In this document: positions 50,318 through 60,380 of the stretch, in pieces
How the letters are laid out: every line of letters begins with the position of its first letter
Numbering within the stretch: position 1 is the stretch's first letter
DNA from: Candidatus Marinacidobacterales bacterium
GTDB lineage: Bacteria > Acidobacteriota > Vicinamibacteria > Marinacidobacterales > SMYC01
Length of the DNA: 64,000 nt
Reading direction: 5' to 3'
NCBI GenBank assembly: GCA_965237685.1
Contig: CBDEGF010000003.1
Span: forward strand, 903,803-967,802
Notes under the pieces: generated by a model
Seen by the model: only the letters and a program-made list of their open reading frames with translations
Told to the model about the DNA's origin: nothing
Database searches by the model: none
Position numbers and translations under genes: made by a program

Positions 50318-50749
50318 CTAGAATGGTCCGGCCAGGTCCTCGTCCGGCTCGATCTCGAAGCTTACCACTGGCGAGGTGATGATCCGTTGCTCGTCACTCG
50401 TCAGCTCGCAACACAGCCCCACACCAATCCAGGCCGTTTTCAACAGGCTCCCGCCATAGCCCGAACCGCAGAGAAAAGCACGCCGGCTCTGGGGGAAGAA
50501 ACGTCCCCCCTGAACCAGGACCGTCCACTCACCAGGATCGATCACGGTGATCGAGTACCGGGTATTCTGGGTGATCATCCTGATATGGGTGAGTGGTGTC
50601 AGGCTCTGGAGATGGAGCCCGTGGCGCTCGGTGACTTCCTGCGTGAACCCCGCGAGCGTTGCGTGTCGAGGCACTGCCAGCGGCTCAGAGGTCTCCACGG
50701 CCGCACTAGTGGCGGGTAGAAACTGTTGCGCGGCCGCGAGCTTCGACAT
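50318..50749 (-). CDS. Hypothetical protein
   Basis: 143-aa ORF with good coding character; no recognised domain. Confidence 0.4.
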   Translation of the reverse strand: MSKLAAAQQFLPATSAAVETSEPLAVPRHATLAGFTQEVTERHGLHLQSLTPLTHIRMITQNTRYSITVIDPGEWTVLVQGGRFFPQSRRAFLCGSGYGGSLLKTAWIGVGLCCELTSDEQRIITSPVVSFEIEPDEDLAGPF

Positions 50750-50824
50750 TACTACTAACAGTATCGCACGACAGCCTCTGTCATCAAGTATTGGATATCA
50801 CGGCAATCAGCTTTCATCTAGCAG

Positions 50825-52243
50825 CTAGTACTCCAAGAGCGCCTTGGCGACCTCGTCTTCCACGCGATCCGCACGCCACTGGCCGCGGATACCGTTGGTG
50901 ATCACCGCGAAGGCTATGGGTCCCCGCTTCTCGGAGAAGGCGTATCCCGCAAGAGAGCTCACGCCCGCAAGGCTCCCCGTTTTTGCGACGACTCGCCCCA
51001 TGTAGCGGTCGTCCCGGAATCGCCGACGGAGCGTCCCGTCAACACCGCCAATAGAAAGCGCGCAGATCACGTCGGTGCGCAGCTCCGGGGCGCGATGAAT
51101 CTCCTGAAGAACTCGCACGAGAATGGAGGAGCTCAGGAAGTTGTCGTACGACAGTCCCGAGCCGTCGTCGATTCGGAAGTCCTCTTTCCTGAAGCCGAGC
51201 CCGACCAGATACTCCGCGACCGCTCGTGTTCCCGACTCGAAGCTCCCCGGGGCACCCCAGCGATGGGCGCCCAGTGCCTTGAGGATCTGCTCGGCCGTGA
51301 AATTGTTGCTGTACTTCCCCATCGACTCCAGGACTTCGACGAGGCGCGCCGACCGATGAACGTAGAGAGTCTGCAGTTCCAAGCCTTCTACCATGCCTCG
51401 AATGATCTCTCCGGTGAACAGAACTCCCTGCTCTCGTAGTTTCCCGAGGAGCGCGGAGCCGAAATACTGCGTGGGATCAGGGGAAACGAAGCTCCCGATA
51501 CGCTCTTCCTCGTCTCCGGCGATGACGCGACCCCGGACGATCACGCGATTGCGGGACAGCTTCTGAATCCGCAGCCAGGGTCGCCCTTTGGTGGCCGTGC
51601 TGACACGGTTGAGAACTGTGAAGTATCCGTAGCCACCGTCGTGGAGATCTGCACGAGCGCCGCCGCTTCCGTTGGGTCGCGCGGTCAACTCGACGAGGTT
51701 GAAGTTGTAGGAGAGGGCGCTCTGGATCGGCAGCCCTTTCTTCAGGATGTTGTCATAGGAGGCCGGGCCGCGCAGACAGTCGTCGAAGAAGGAATCGTCG
51801 AGGATCAAGTGCCCGGTGAACTCGCGGATCCCCGCCGCGGCGAGCGAACGTGCAATGTAGTCCATCTCATGGTGGGTCAGGGATGGATCGCCACTTCCCT
51901 CGACAAAGAGGTTGCCCTTGACCACTCCGTCCTCGAGCGGACCGTCGACCAGAAAGCGCGTCTCGAACCGGTAGCTCGGCCCCAGGTAGTGAAGAGAGGC
52001 TGCCATAACCACCAGCTTCATGCTGGAGGCCGGCACGAACTTCTTGGTGGGGTTATGGGAGTACAGCGTCTTGCCGGACTCGAGGTCTTTGACGACGACG
52101 CCGATCGCGCGATTCAGACGGTAGCGACGGCGGATGGTCTCGAGGCGACGGGCGAGCTGCTCGTCGACGTCGTTTGCCCAGATGATACTCGAGACAAGAA
52201 GAGCGGCCAGGGTGCCGCAAACGTATCTGGCGAGTGACCGCAA
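50825..52243 (-). CDS. dacB: D-alanyl-D-alanine carboxypeptidase/endopeptidase, PBP4 (peptidase S13) family
   Basis: 472 aa; signal peptide; SMKLV active-site serine motif; ..EGSGDPSL..; S13 architecture. Confidence 0.8.
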   Translation of the reverse strand: MRSLARYVCGTLAALLVSSIIWANDVDEQLARRLETIRRRYRLNRAIGVVVKDLESGKTLYSHNPTKKFVPASSMKLVVMAASLHYLGPSYRFETRFLVDGPLEDGVVKGNLFVEGSGDPSLTHHEMDYIARSLAAAGIREFTGHLILDDSFFDDCLRGPASYDNILKKGLPIQSALSYNFNLVELTARPNGSGGARADLHDGGYGYFTVLNRVSTATKGRPWLRIQKLSRNRVIVRGRVIAGDEEERIGSFVSPDPTQYFGSALLGKLREQGVLFTGEIIRGMVEGLELQTLYVHRSARLVEVLESMGKYSNNFTAEQILKALGAHRWGAPGSFESGTRAVAEYLVGLGFRKEDFRIDDGSGLSYDNFLSSSILVRVLQEIHRAPELRTDVICALSIGGVDGTLRRRFRDDRYMGRVVAKTGSLAGVSSLAGYAFSEKRGPIAFAVITNGIRGQWRADRVEDEVAKALLEY

Positions 52244-52729
52244 GACCCAACCCTTGTTGTTATTGCCCCGTCGAAGCTGAGCGTTCGTCTTCCCCGGTTC
52301 CCCTCAGGCTGGGCCCGCCGGGGACTGCCGCGATGCGCCCTCCCCTTTCCTGTATCTTATCGTTTGAGGCAGGAAATCACTAGGGAATCGGACGTTCTAT
52401 CCGATCTGATTTCTCCAGCAGCATCTCGTCACAATCTACAGGGCCATCCGGCGGGGGCTCAGGGCGCCAGGTAACTCCTCGCGGTTGGAGCGCCGTGGCT
52501 GGCTCCCGAGCTACACGGAGACGCGAAGGGGGTGGCGGTGAGTCGTCCGCAGGAACTGTTCCCGGGAAGAGTTGAAAGGACGGCGCCGGCCAAGTTGCGC
52601 TGGGAGGTCGATGGTGACACCAGATGTCGGATATTTGTTTTTCGCTCTGCGCCTCTGCGCCTCTGCGTTAGGTTTCCCCGAATAACCTTTTTGCGGGTTC
52701 GACCCGTTGCGGGCTCTTTGTCTTGCGCT

Positions 52730-53239
52730 TCAATTCAACTTCGGAGACCGGAATCTCTGCTTCAACACGTCGTTCCCCCACTTCACGCTCAGAATGGCGG
52801 TATCGGCCGTCTCCGATTCGATCGCGATCGTGAAGACCTCCGTCGAGGCGTCCTGCTTCTCCCACTTCAGTGGTATCGCGTAGAGATCCTGCGTCGGGTC
52901 GTGCTCCGTTCCCCACTGACCCGTTTGTTTGTTCACGACGAGCATCCAGTTCTCTTCGCTGGCACGTTTCATGAAGAGACTGTAGGCTCCCGGGTGCACG
53001 ACCATGTTGCCGAACACGACGATGCTCTCGAACTGGATCGTCGTCGCCTCGTCGGCACCCATGCGCCACACCGTTCCGACCAGGGCTTTGGCGAGCATGT
53101 CCCGCCCTGCCAGTGACGGGCGGCCGTAGTCGATGACGACCGCGTTGCCGTTCACGTCGACCTCGACTTTGCCGCGCGGTGACTGGGCGATGGCAATCGT
53201 GGCCAGGCTCGAAACAACGAGAAGAACGATGGCTCGCAT
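52730..53239 (-). CDS. Secreted DUF2911-family protein
   Basis: Signal peptide MRAIVLLVVSSLATIAIAQ; ..VWRMGADEATTIQFES..HPGAYSLF..WMLVVNKQTGQWG.. matches DUF2911 as recalled. Confidence 0.55.
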   Translation of the reverse strand: MRAIVLLVVSSLATIAIAQSPRGKVEVDVNGNAVVIDYGRPSLAGRDMLAKALVGTVWRMGADEATTIQFESIVVFGNMVVHPGAYSLFMKRASEENWMLVVNKQTGQWGTEHDPTQDLYAIPLKWEKQDASTEVFTIAIESETADTAILSVKWGNDVLKQRFRSPKLN

Positions 53240-53645
53240 GAACGACTCTCCTTTATTGTGTGGCTTTCATGAAAAATATACGAGCCCGAAAAAGAGGTGG
53301 AGCAACGGCTGGCCACGCTGGCTAGCAAGGAGGCCCGGCTGGTCGACGATCTCCTGATCCTGCCCCGAATCCACTGAGTAGGTTGCATTTCCTTGCAGGT
53401 GGCACCTGGTCAGCCTATTATGCAGAGGTGTGATCGTGGCGCTGTGTCCCGTCCCGGAAGTGAGGTTAGCATCGAGAGCGTCGAGGCGCCCGGATCGCAA
53501 GGCGCGGCGAGGGCGAAATACCGGGGTATTCAACCGAGTCGCAACACAGCGAGGCGGGATGCATCGGCGCTCGAATGCAACCTGACTTCCGGGACGGGGC
53601 ACTAGCGAGGGAGGCGAGCTCGATTGGTCTGGAGATGGCACTCCA

Positions 53646-55016
53646 ATGGAGTCTGAGACGATTCCGCCGGAGGCGGGGAAGGAAGAGCCCGCCCAGCCGG
53701 AACCCGCAACCTCGCGACTCGATCTGAAGGAAACGGAAGTCGGTAGCGTTTTCGTTTCTAACTATCCCCCGTTTTCTGTCTGGCAACCGGAGCTGGCGAG
53801 CCGGCTCGAGCGGGTACTCTCGCAGCCGAGCGAGCCGGACGTACCCCTCGGGCTCTATCTCCATATCCCCTTCTGCCGGAAGCGCTGCAAGTTCTGTTAC
53901 TTCCGTGTCTACACCGACAAGAACAGCGAGCAGATTCAGCGATACCTCGAGACTCTGAAACGAGAGCTCGAGCTGTACCAACGAGCCCCTGCCCTCCAGG
54001 ATCGCGCTCTGCGATTCATCTACTTTGGAGGAGGAACACCATCCTTTCTGTCCGCGCGCCAGCTGGACGAGCTCGTCCACGCAATGAAGGAGGTGTTTTC
54101 CTGGCAGGGTGTCTCCGAGGTGACATTCGAGTGTGAGCCCGGAACGCTCAGCGAGGCGAAGGTCGAGGCGCTCCAGGGCCTCGGGGTAACCCGTCTCAGT
54201 CTCGGTGTCGAGGGCTTCGACGATCGGGTCCTCGAGCTCAACGGCCGCGCTCACGTCTCGAAGGAGATCTTTCGTTCCCTTCCGTGGATCAAGAACGCCG
54301 GATTCGATCAGGTGAATATCGACCTGATATCCGGAATGGTAGGTGAGACGCGGGAAACCTGGCGTGACTCGATTCGGAAGACGATCGACTTCGAACCGGA
54401 CTCGGTGACCATCTATCAGATGGAGCTTCCCTTCAACACCCAGTTTTCCAGGCAGCTCGCCGAAGGGAGCCTCGACAGGCCGCTCGCAGACTGGGACACC
54501 AAGCGCGAGTGGCACGACTACGCTTTTTGCAAACTGAGCGAGGCGGGCTACTCGTTGTCGAGTGCCTATACGATGGTCAAAGATCCTTCGACTCGCTTCG
54601 TCTACCGGGATTCCTTGTGGCACGGCGCTGACATGATCGCGTCGGGAGTCTCATCGTTCGGACATCTTGGTACCGTTCACTACCAGAACGCATCCAGTTG
54701 GGACGCCTATCTGGATCGTGTCGCACGAAACGAGCTTCCGGTGTCGCGTGCCTTCGCGACGTCGGCAAGAGACCGGCTCACGCGCGAGATGCTCCTGCAG
54801 CTCAAGCTGGGCCACATCGACAGATCGTATTTCGCGGACAAATTCGACGTCGATATCATCGAGATGTTTTCCGAGGCTTTTCGAGATCTGGAGCAACGCC
54901 AGATGCTCCGGATCGTCAATGGGAGCGTGGAGCTCACCAGACAGGGGCTGCTTCGTGTCGATACCCTCCTGCCGACGTTCTACGCGCCCGAATACCGCAA
55001 TCGGCGCTATACCTGA
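53646..55016 (+). CDS. Radical SAM HemN/HemW-family protein (coproporphyrinogen III oxidase-like / heme chaperone)
   Basis: CRKRCKFCYF CxxxCxxC cluster; HemN-like length and C-terminal domain. Confidence 0.75.
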   Translation: MESETIPPEAGKEEPAQPEPATSRLDLKETEVGSVFVSNYPPFSVWQPELASRLERVLSQPSEPDVPLGLYLHIPFCRKRCKFCYFRVYTDKNSEQIQRYLETLKRELELYQRAPALQDRALRFIYFGGGTPSFLSARQLDELVHAMKEVFSWQGVSEVTFECEPGTLSEAKVEALQGLGVTRLSLGVEGFDDRVLELNGRAHVSKEIFRSLPWIKNAGFDQVNIDLISGMVGETRETWRDSIRKTIDFEPDSVTIYQMELPFNTQFSRQLAEGSLDRPLADWDTKREWHDYAFCKLSEAGYSLSSAYTMVKDPSTRFVYRDSLWHGADMIASGVSSFGHLGTVHYQNASSWDAYLDRVARNELPVSRAFATSARDRLTREMLLQLKLGHIDRSYFADKFDVDIIEMFSEAFRDLEQRQMLRIVNGSVELTRQGLLRVDTLLPTFYAPEYRNRRYT

Positions 55017-55038
55017 CGCGCCACATCCGACCGTCATC

Positions 55039-57189
55039 ATGCGAAACCAAGTGCTTTTCCCAGCAATCGTCATGGCCACCCTCGTCACGGCCGCAAGCCC
55101 GAGCGTCGCGCAACAAGACAAGCCCGAGACCGACGCCATGGAAGAGGCGACCACCGAAAAACAGACGCAGCAGCCGGCTCCCGCGCGGGTGCAGGAATTC
55201 GTCTTCGTGGAGGGAGCTCTTCCCTATGTGCCCCAGTCCAACACCGTCATCACGAAGCTCCCCGTTGAGCTCCGCCTGACCCCGGCGAACGTCGGCACCG
55301 TCACCAAACCACTCTTCGACGAGCAGTATGGCCAGACGGTGAGTGGAGCGCTCAACAACGTCAGCAACGTCAACACTCAGCCGGGACTCGGTATCTTCGA
55401 CTTCTTCTTGTTGCGTGGTTTCGACTCTCTCTCCAGCAGCCTGGTGATGACCGACGGCGCCTCCGAGCCGGAGGTGAGCTTCTACCAGCTCTACAACGTC
55501 GAGCTCGTCGAAGTCTACAAGGGCCCCGGTGGCTATTTGTACGGGAGCAACCCCCTCGCCGGCGTGATTAACCTGGTCCGCAAACAGCCCGTGCCCGGCA
55601 AGTTCGTCGACTTCGGTGGAACCTTTGGCAGCTATGAGCATGCGGAGGGGCGACTCGATGTGAACTACGGCTCTCCGGATGGCGTTGCCTCCTTCCGGTT
55701 GAACTCGCTCTACCGGGATGCGAACAGCTATCGGGACGACAAGCAGGGACGTTACGGCGCCATCAATCCGGCGGTGACGTTTCGCCTCGGGGAGGCGTCG
55801 AAGCTCAACTTCAATTTCGAGTACGCCGACGCCGACTACGTACCGGACAGTGGTATCCCGCTGGTCGGAGACCAAGTGGCTCCGGTGGCGCGCGAAACGA
55901 ACTACCAGTCGCCGCTCGACACCTCGCAGCAGGAAATTCTTCGCTTTCAGATCGATTTCCAAACGCAGTTGAACGACGTGGTTCTCCTGAGGAACAAGTT
56001 CTACGTCCGAAGCCTCGACTGGATTTCCAGTGGCACGTTGTACAACGGTGTCTTTCCCAGCTTCGCAACCGGACAGCTCGAGGTCAGCCGCACGTTCATT
56101 GTTCTGGACGATCGACAGAATTTCACCGGGAACCAGTTCGAAGCGGTTTTCACGTTCGATACCGGCAGTGTCCGGCACAGCCTGCTCTCGGGAGTCGAAA
56201 TCGCACGCTTTGGCGACGTGTTCACCCTCGATCCCAGCCTGATTTCCAGCGTCGATCTGCTGAACCCGGTGGATCCAGGCCCTGATTTCCGCGTGCCCCT
56301 GGTGGATTTCTCTACCAGCGCCGACGCCCGCAGTCTCGTCCTTGCCCCCTACTTCATCGATCAGATGCAGCTCTCGGAAAAGCTCCACGTGCTGGCGGGA
56401 GGTCGGCTCGATCGGATCGATTTCCGAGAGGACATTTCCGGCTCGGAGCGGGACGATACGGAGTTTTCACCCATGGTGGGCGTCGTCGTGGCGCCCCGGA
56501 CCGACCTGTCAATCTACGGCAATTTCTCGCGCGCCTTCGCCCCTCCCTCCGCGCGCGTCGTCGGGGATGCCGTGCCGGAGGAAAGCACGCAGGTCGAGTT
56601 CGGTGTCAAGAAGCTCTTCGCCCCCTGGAACGCGTCCACGACCTTTGCGGTCTACCAGCTGGAGCGTGAGAACATCGCGATTCCCGACGACAACGGCTTC
56701 ACCCAGCAAGTGGGCAATCAACGATCTCGAGGATTCGAGCTCGAGCTCTCCGCCCAGCCCGATCCGAGCCTGCGTACCTTCGTCGCCTACGCCTACAACG
56801 ACTCGGAGCTGACGAACTTCACCGAGCTGGTGCAGCTGCCGGTGTTTCCGCCCGCTTTCGAGCTCGTGGACCGATCGGGCAACCGCCCGACCTTCGCACC
56901 GGAACACATCCTCAACTTCTGGGTGAGCAAGGATCTTCCCCGGGGCTTCGGCGTCGGAGGGGGAGGTCGCTATGTCAGCGAGCAGTTCATCGCCGAGGAC
57001 AACCAGTTCGCCATCGACGGTGTGCTGACGTTCGACGCCACGGCCTTCTATCGTTTTCGGGATCTTCTGTTCCGCGTCAACCTGAAGAATCTCACCGATC
57101 GCCAGTACTTTGCGCGCGGCTTCGGCTCGAACGCGGTCGTTCCCGCCCCGCCGTTCACCGCGTTTTTCGGCGTCGACGTCAGCCTCTAG
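55039..57189 (+). CDS. TonB-dependent outer-membrane receptor
   Basis: Signal peptide; plug domain; ..YRFRDLLFRVNLKNLTDRQYF...FFGVDVSL C-terminal barrel and terminal aromatic-rich region. Confidence 0.8.
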   Translation: MRNQVLFPAIVMATLVTAASPSVAQQDKPETDAMEEATTEKQTQQPAPARVQEFVFVEGALPYVPQSNTVITKLPVELRLTPANVGTVTKPLFDEQYGQTVSGALNNVSNVNTQPGLGIFDFFLLRGFDSLSSSLVMTDGASEPEVSFYQLYNVELVEVYKGPGGYLYGSNPLAGVINLVRKQPVPGKFVDFGGTFGSYEHAEGRLDVNYGSPDGVASFRLNSLYRDANSYRDDKQGRYGAINPAVTFRLGEASKLNFNFEYADADYVPDSGIPLVGDQVAPVARETNYQSPLDTSQQEILRFQIDFQTQLNDVVLLRNKFYVRSLDWISSGTLYNGVFPSFATGQLEVSRTFIVLDDRQNFTGNQFEAVFTFDTGSVRHSLLSGVEIARFGDVFTLDPSLISSVDLLNPVDPGPDFRVPLVDFSTSADARSLVLAPYFIDQMQLSEKLHVLAGGRLDRIDFREDISGSERDDTEFSPMVGVVVAPRTDLSIYGNFSRAFAPPSARVVGDAVPEESTQVEFGVKKLFAPWNASTTFAVYQLERENIAIPDDNGFTQQVGNQRSRGFELELSAQPDPSLRTFVAYAYNDSELTNFTELVQLPVFPPAFELVDRSGNRPTFAPEHILNFWVSKDLPRGFGVGGGGRYVSEQFIAEDNQFAIDGVLTFDATAFYRFRDLLFRVNLKNLTDRQYFARGFGSNAVVPAPPFTAFFGVDVSL

Positions 57190-57400
57190 TCTTGCGTATC
57201 GGCCTCGCACCTACCTCTCCCCGCCGGGGAGCCGCCTTCGTCGGCGAAGCCGACTTCGGCCAGCCTCGCCGAAGCCTTGGCGGAGGCGGGAGGCTAGGTG
57301 AGGGGGGCTGATGTTCCTGGATGCTGGATGCCGGATGCCGGATGCTGAGTTGTTGCGGTGCCTTCCCGCTGACACTATCATCGCGCCATTGGAGAGATTG

Positions 57401-58414
57401 ATGAGGTTTTCTTTCGCTGTCGCTTTTCTGGCTCTCGTTGTTGCCTGCTCGTCTCCCGGAACCGATGGGGGCGGGCCCTCCCGTCAATTCTTGAGTCTCG
57501 GGGCGGCGCCGCCGGGCGGTGCTTTCTTCGTCGTGGGTGGAGCGCTGGCCGGGGTGTTGAACGAGAATCAGGCGGGAAACAACTGGGAAGTGACCTCGGA
57601 AGCCACCAAAGGCTCGAAAGAGAACATCCGCCGACTGGATTCGGGCGAGCTGGACATCGCGCTGTCCAATGCCGCCGTCACCTACTTCGCCGCCCGTGGC
57701 GAGGCTGGCTGGGAGAAAGCCTACGACGTGCGCGCCGTCGCCACGCTCGCTCCCAATGTCGCCATGTTCGTCACACGCGCAGATTCCGGCGTTCGCACGA
57801 TCGCGGACCTGAAAGGAAAGCGTGTGGTGGTCGGCCCGGCAGGCGCCGGATTCGAGAACTTCGTGCAGCCGCTCCTCGAAGTGCATGGAGTGACCTACGA
57901 CGACTTCACGCCTTTGAACAACACTCAAACGGGGGCGGTCGACATGCTCGCCGACGGTTCAGCTGCGGCCGCTTTCATCGGCGGCGCAGTGCCAACAGCC
58001 TCCATCGTGCAGGCCGCAAGCTCTCAGGACATCTACCTCGTTCCGTACGACGACGAGGCGAAGGTCAAGGCGCTCGAAAACTATCCGTTCTTTTTCGAGC
58101 ACACCATTCCGGCCGAAACTTATCGAGGGCAGAACGAGCCCTACCACGGACTGAACGTTGGATCCATGCATCTGATTACCGACGCGCAGGTGGACGAGGA
58201 TCTGGTCTACCGGATCACGAAGACGATCTACGAGAACCGCGAGAGCGTTGCGGCAAAACACCCGGCGGGTCGAGCCATCAATCCGAACAACGTGATCCGG
58301 GATACCGGCGTCGAGTTTCATCCCGGCGCCGTGCGCTTCTATCGAGAGATCGGGATCTGGCCTGACACAGAGACGAGCGAGTCTGACGAGGCGACCTCCG
58401 AAAGTCCGCTGTAG
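57401..58414 (+). CDS. TAXI-family TRAP transporter solute-binding protein
   Basis: MRFSFAVAFLALVVACSS lipoprotein signal; TAXI-type body. Confidence 0.7.
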   Translation: MRFSFAVAFLALVVACSSPGTDGGGPSRQFLSLGAAPPGGAFFVVGGALAGVLNENQAGNNWEVTSEATKGSKENIRRLDSGELDIALSNAAVTYFAARGEAGWEKAYDVRAVATLAPNVAMFVTRADSGVRTIADLKGKRVVVGPAGAGFENFVQPLLEVHGVTYDDFTPLNNTQTGAVDMLADGSAAAAFIGGAVPTASIVQAASSQDIYLVPYDDEAKVKALENYPFFFEHTIPAETYRGQNEPYHGLNVGSMHLITDAQVDEDLVYRITKTIYENRESVAAKHPAGRAINPNNVIRDTGVEFHPGAVRFYREIGIWPDTETSESDEATSESPL

Positions 58415-58424
58415 CCGGTCGTAA

Positions 58425-60380
58425 ATGTCGAGTCGTCTGCGCGGGCTCCTGACGCAGGGGCTTGCTGTTGCCCTCAGTCTCTTCGTCCTCGTCGAAGTCA
58501 ACTATCCACAGCTGTCACCACAGTCCCAGCTCGCGCTGTTCGCGCTGGGCGGTCTGGTCCTGTGTTTTCTTCTATACCCGACGCACCCGAACTGGCAAGG
58601 TGAAACGATTGCCAAGGTGGTGGACGGTCTCTCCATCATCGCCAGCATCTTCGTCTGCCTTTACGTAGTGACCCAGACCGAGCCGATCTTCGAGAGCCTG
58701 TGGGTCAAGGGCATGTCGCTGGGGGATCGTGCCGGCGCAGAGGCCTCCATCGATTACGTCGTCGGTTTCGTCGGAGTCATTGTGGTCATCGAGGCCGCGC
58801 GGCGTTGTCTCGGATGGGCTCTCCCGATCCTGGCGATGTTCTTTCTGGCCTATGCCTATTTCGGACAAATGCTTCCCGGATGGTTGTTCCCCCATCGAGG
58901 CTATCCGGTGGATCGCATCGTCGCTCAGGCGTTTCTCCACAGTCAGGGTGTTTTTGGAATCGCGCTCAAAGTGATGTTCTCATACGTGTTCCTCTTCGTT
59001 CTTCTCGGAGCGCTGCTGGACGCGACGGGGGCCACGCAATTCATCATCCATCTTGCCCAGCGCGTTTTCCGGGGAACGCCGGGAGGTGCCGCCAAGGTAG
59101 CGGTTCTCTCGAGCGGCCTCATGGGCTCTCTCTCGGGCAGCGCAGTGGCGGTCACCGCGACCACCGGAACGTTCACGATTCCCCTGATGCGGAGTATTGG
59201 GTTTCGCAAGCACATTGCGGCGGGCGTCACCGCGGCAGCCAGCTCGGGAGGAGCGCTCGTACCGCCGGTGATGGGTGCCGGCGCCTACATGATGCTCGAG
59301 ATCGTCTCGCCGCCGGTGACCTACCTCGAGGTGATTCGGGCGGCGATTCTTCCCGCCTTCATCTACTACTTCGCGCTTCTTTTGATCGTTCACTTCTACT
59401 CAAAACGCGTCGGCCGGACCGAGCTCGCCGACGAGGGACCGGAGGCGCCCGCCACCTTGCGTTACGAAGGCCTGGTCTTCGCGACGACGCTCGGCTCTCT
59501 CATACTGTTCCTCGTCATGGGCTACACGGTGTTTCGAGCGGTGAGCCTGGCCCTCCTCGTCGTGATCGTGATGAGCTCGCTCAAGGCAACGACGCGTATC
59601 AACTGGGCTGCGGCACGGGACGCTTTCGTCAGAACGGCGCGAGGCGGTGCTCCCCTGGTCGCTGCAGCCGCCTCGGTCGGGATCATCCTCGGGATCGTCA
59701 CACTGACGGGCATCGGGACGAAGTTCCCTTCCGCAATCCTGGCGCTCTCGGGGGAGAATCTGCTGGCGGCGCTGGTTTTGATCATGATCGGCTCCATCGT
59801 TCTCGGCATGGGGCTTCCGTCGGCGGTGTGCTATCTCCTGATGGCGACGCTCATCGCGCCCATCATTGGAGAGCTGGGCGTCGTACCCCTTGCGGCCCAC
59901 TTCTTCATTTTCTACTTTGGAATGATGTCGATGGTGACGCCGCCCGTTGCGCTCGCGGCCTACACCGCTGCTTCGATTGCGGAAACGAACATCATGAGCA
60001 CCGCATTCGCTTCGTTCCGATTCGCCCTCGTCGGGTTCACCCTGCCGTTCATGTTCGTGTTCCGGCCCGAACTCCTCCTATTGACCGCGGACGGAGGCAG
60101 TGTTCGTGCCGTCGCAGTGCTCGCCGCCTTTGGCCTGGCGATTCTGGGGATTCTTCCCCTCGCTGCGGGGATCGCCGGCTACTTCTTGAGGCCGCTCGGG
60201 ATGGCGTCTCGATTCGCGCTGGTGGTGTCGGCGGCCCTCCTTCTCTTCCCGGGGAGTGACGTTCACCTCGGAAGCGTCGAGGTGTCTACGGCCAATATCG
60301 TGGGTCTGGTTGTGCTCCTGGTGGTCGCTGGATTCCAGTGGCGTCCGACCAAAGAAACATCATTCAAAGAAACACAATGA
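58425..60380 (+). CDS. TRAP transporter fused 4TM/12TM permease (TAXI-associated)
   Basis: 651 aa, polytopic; immediately follows the TAXI gene. Confidence 0.75.
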   Translation: MSSRLRGLLTQGLAVALSLFVLVEVNYPQLSPQSQLALFALGGLVLCFLLYPTHPNWQGETIAKVVDGLSIIASIFVCLYVVTQTEPIFESLWVKGMSLGDRAGAEASIDYVVGFVGVIVVIEAARRCLGWALPILAMFFLAYAYFGQMLPGWLFPHRGYPVDRIVAQAFLHSQGVFGIALKVMFSYVFLFVLLGALLDATGATQFIIHLAQRVFRGTPGGAAKVAVLSSGLMGSLSGSAVAVTATTGTFTIPLMRSIGFRKHIAAGVTAAASSGGALVPPVMGAGAYMMLEIVSPPVTYLEVIRAAILPAFIYYFALLLIVHFYSKRVGRTELADEGPEAPATLRYEGLVFATTLGSLILFLVMGYTVFRAVSLALLVVIVMSSLKATTRINWAAARDAFVRTARGGAPLVAAAASVGIILGIVTLTGIGTKFPSAILALSGENLLAALVLIMIGSIVLGMGLPSAVCYLLMATLIAPIIGELGVVPLAAHFFIFYFGMMSMVTPPVALAAYTAASIAETNIMSTAFASFRFALVGFTLPFMFVFRPELLLLTADGGSVRAVAVLAAFGLAILGILPLAAGIAGYFLRPLGMASRFALVVSAALLLFPGSDVHLGSVEVSTANIVGLVVLLVVAGFQWRPTKETSFKETQ

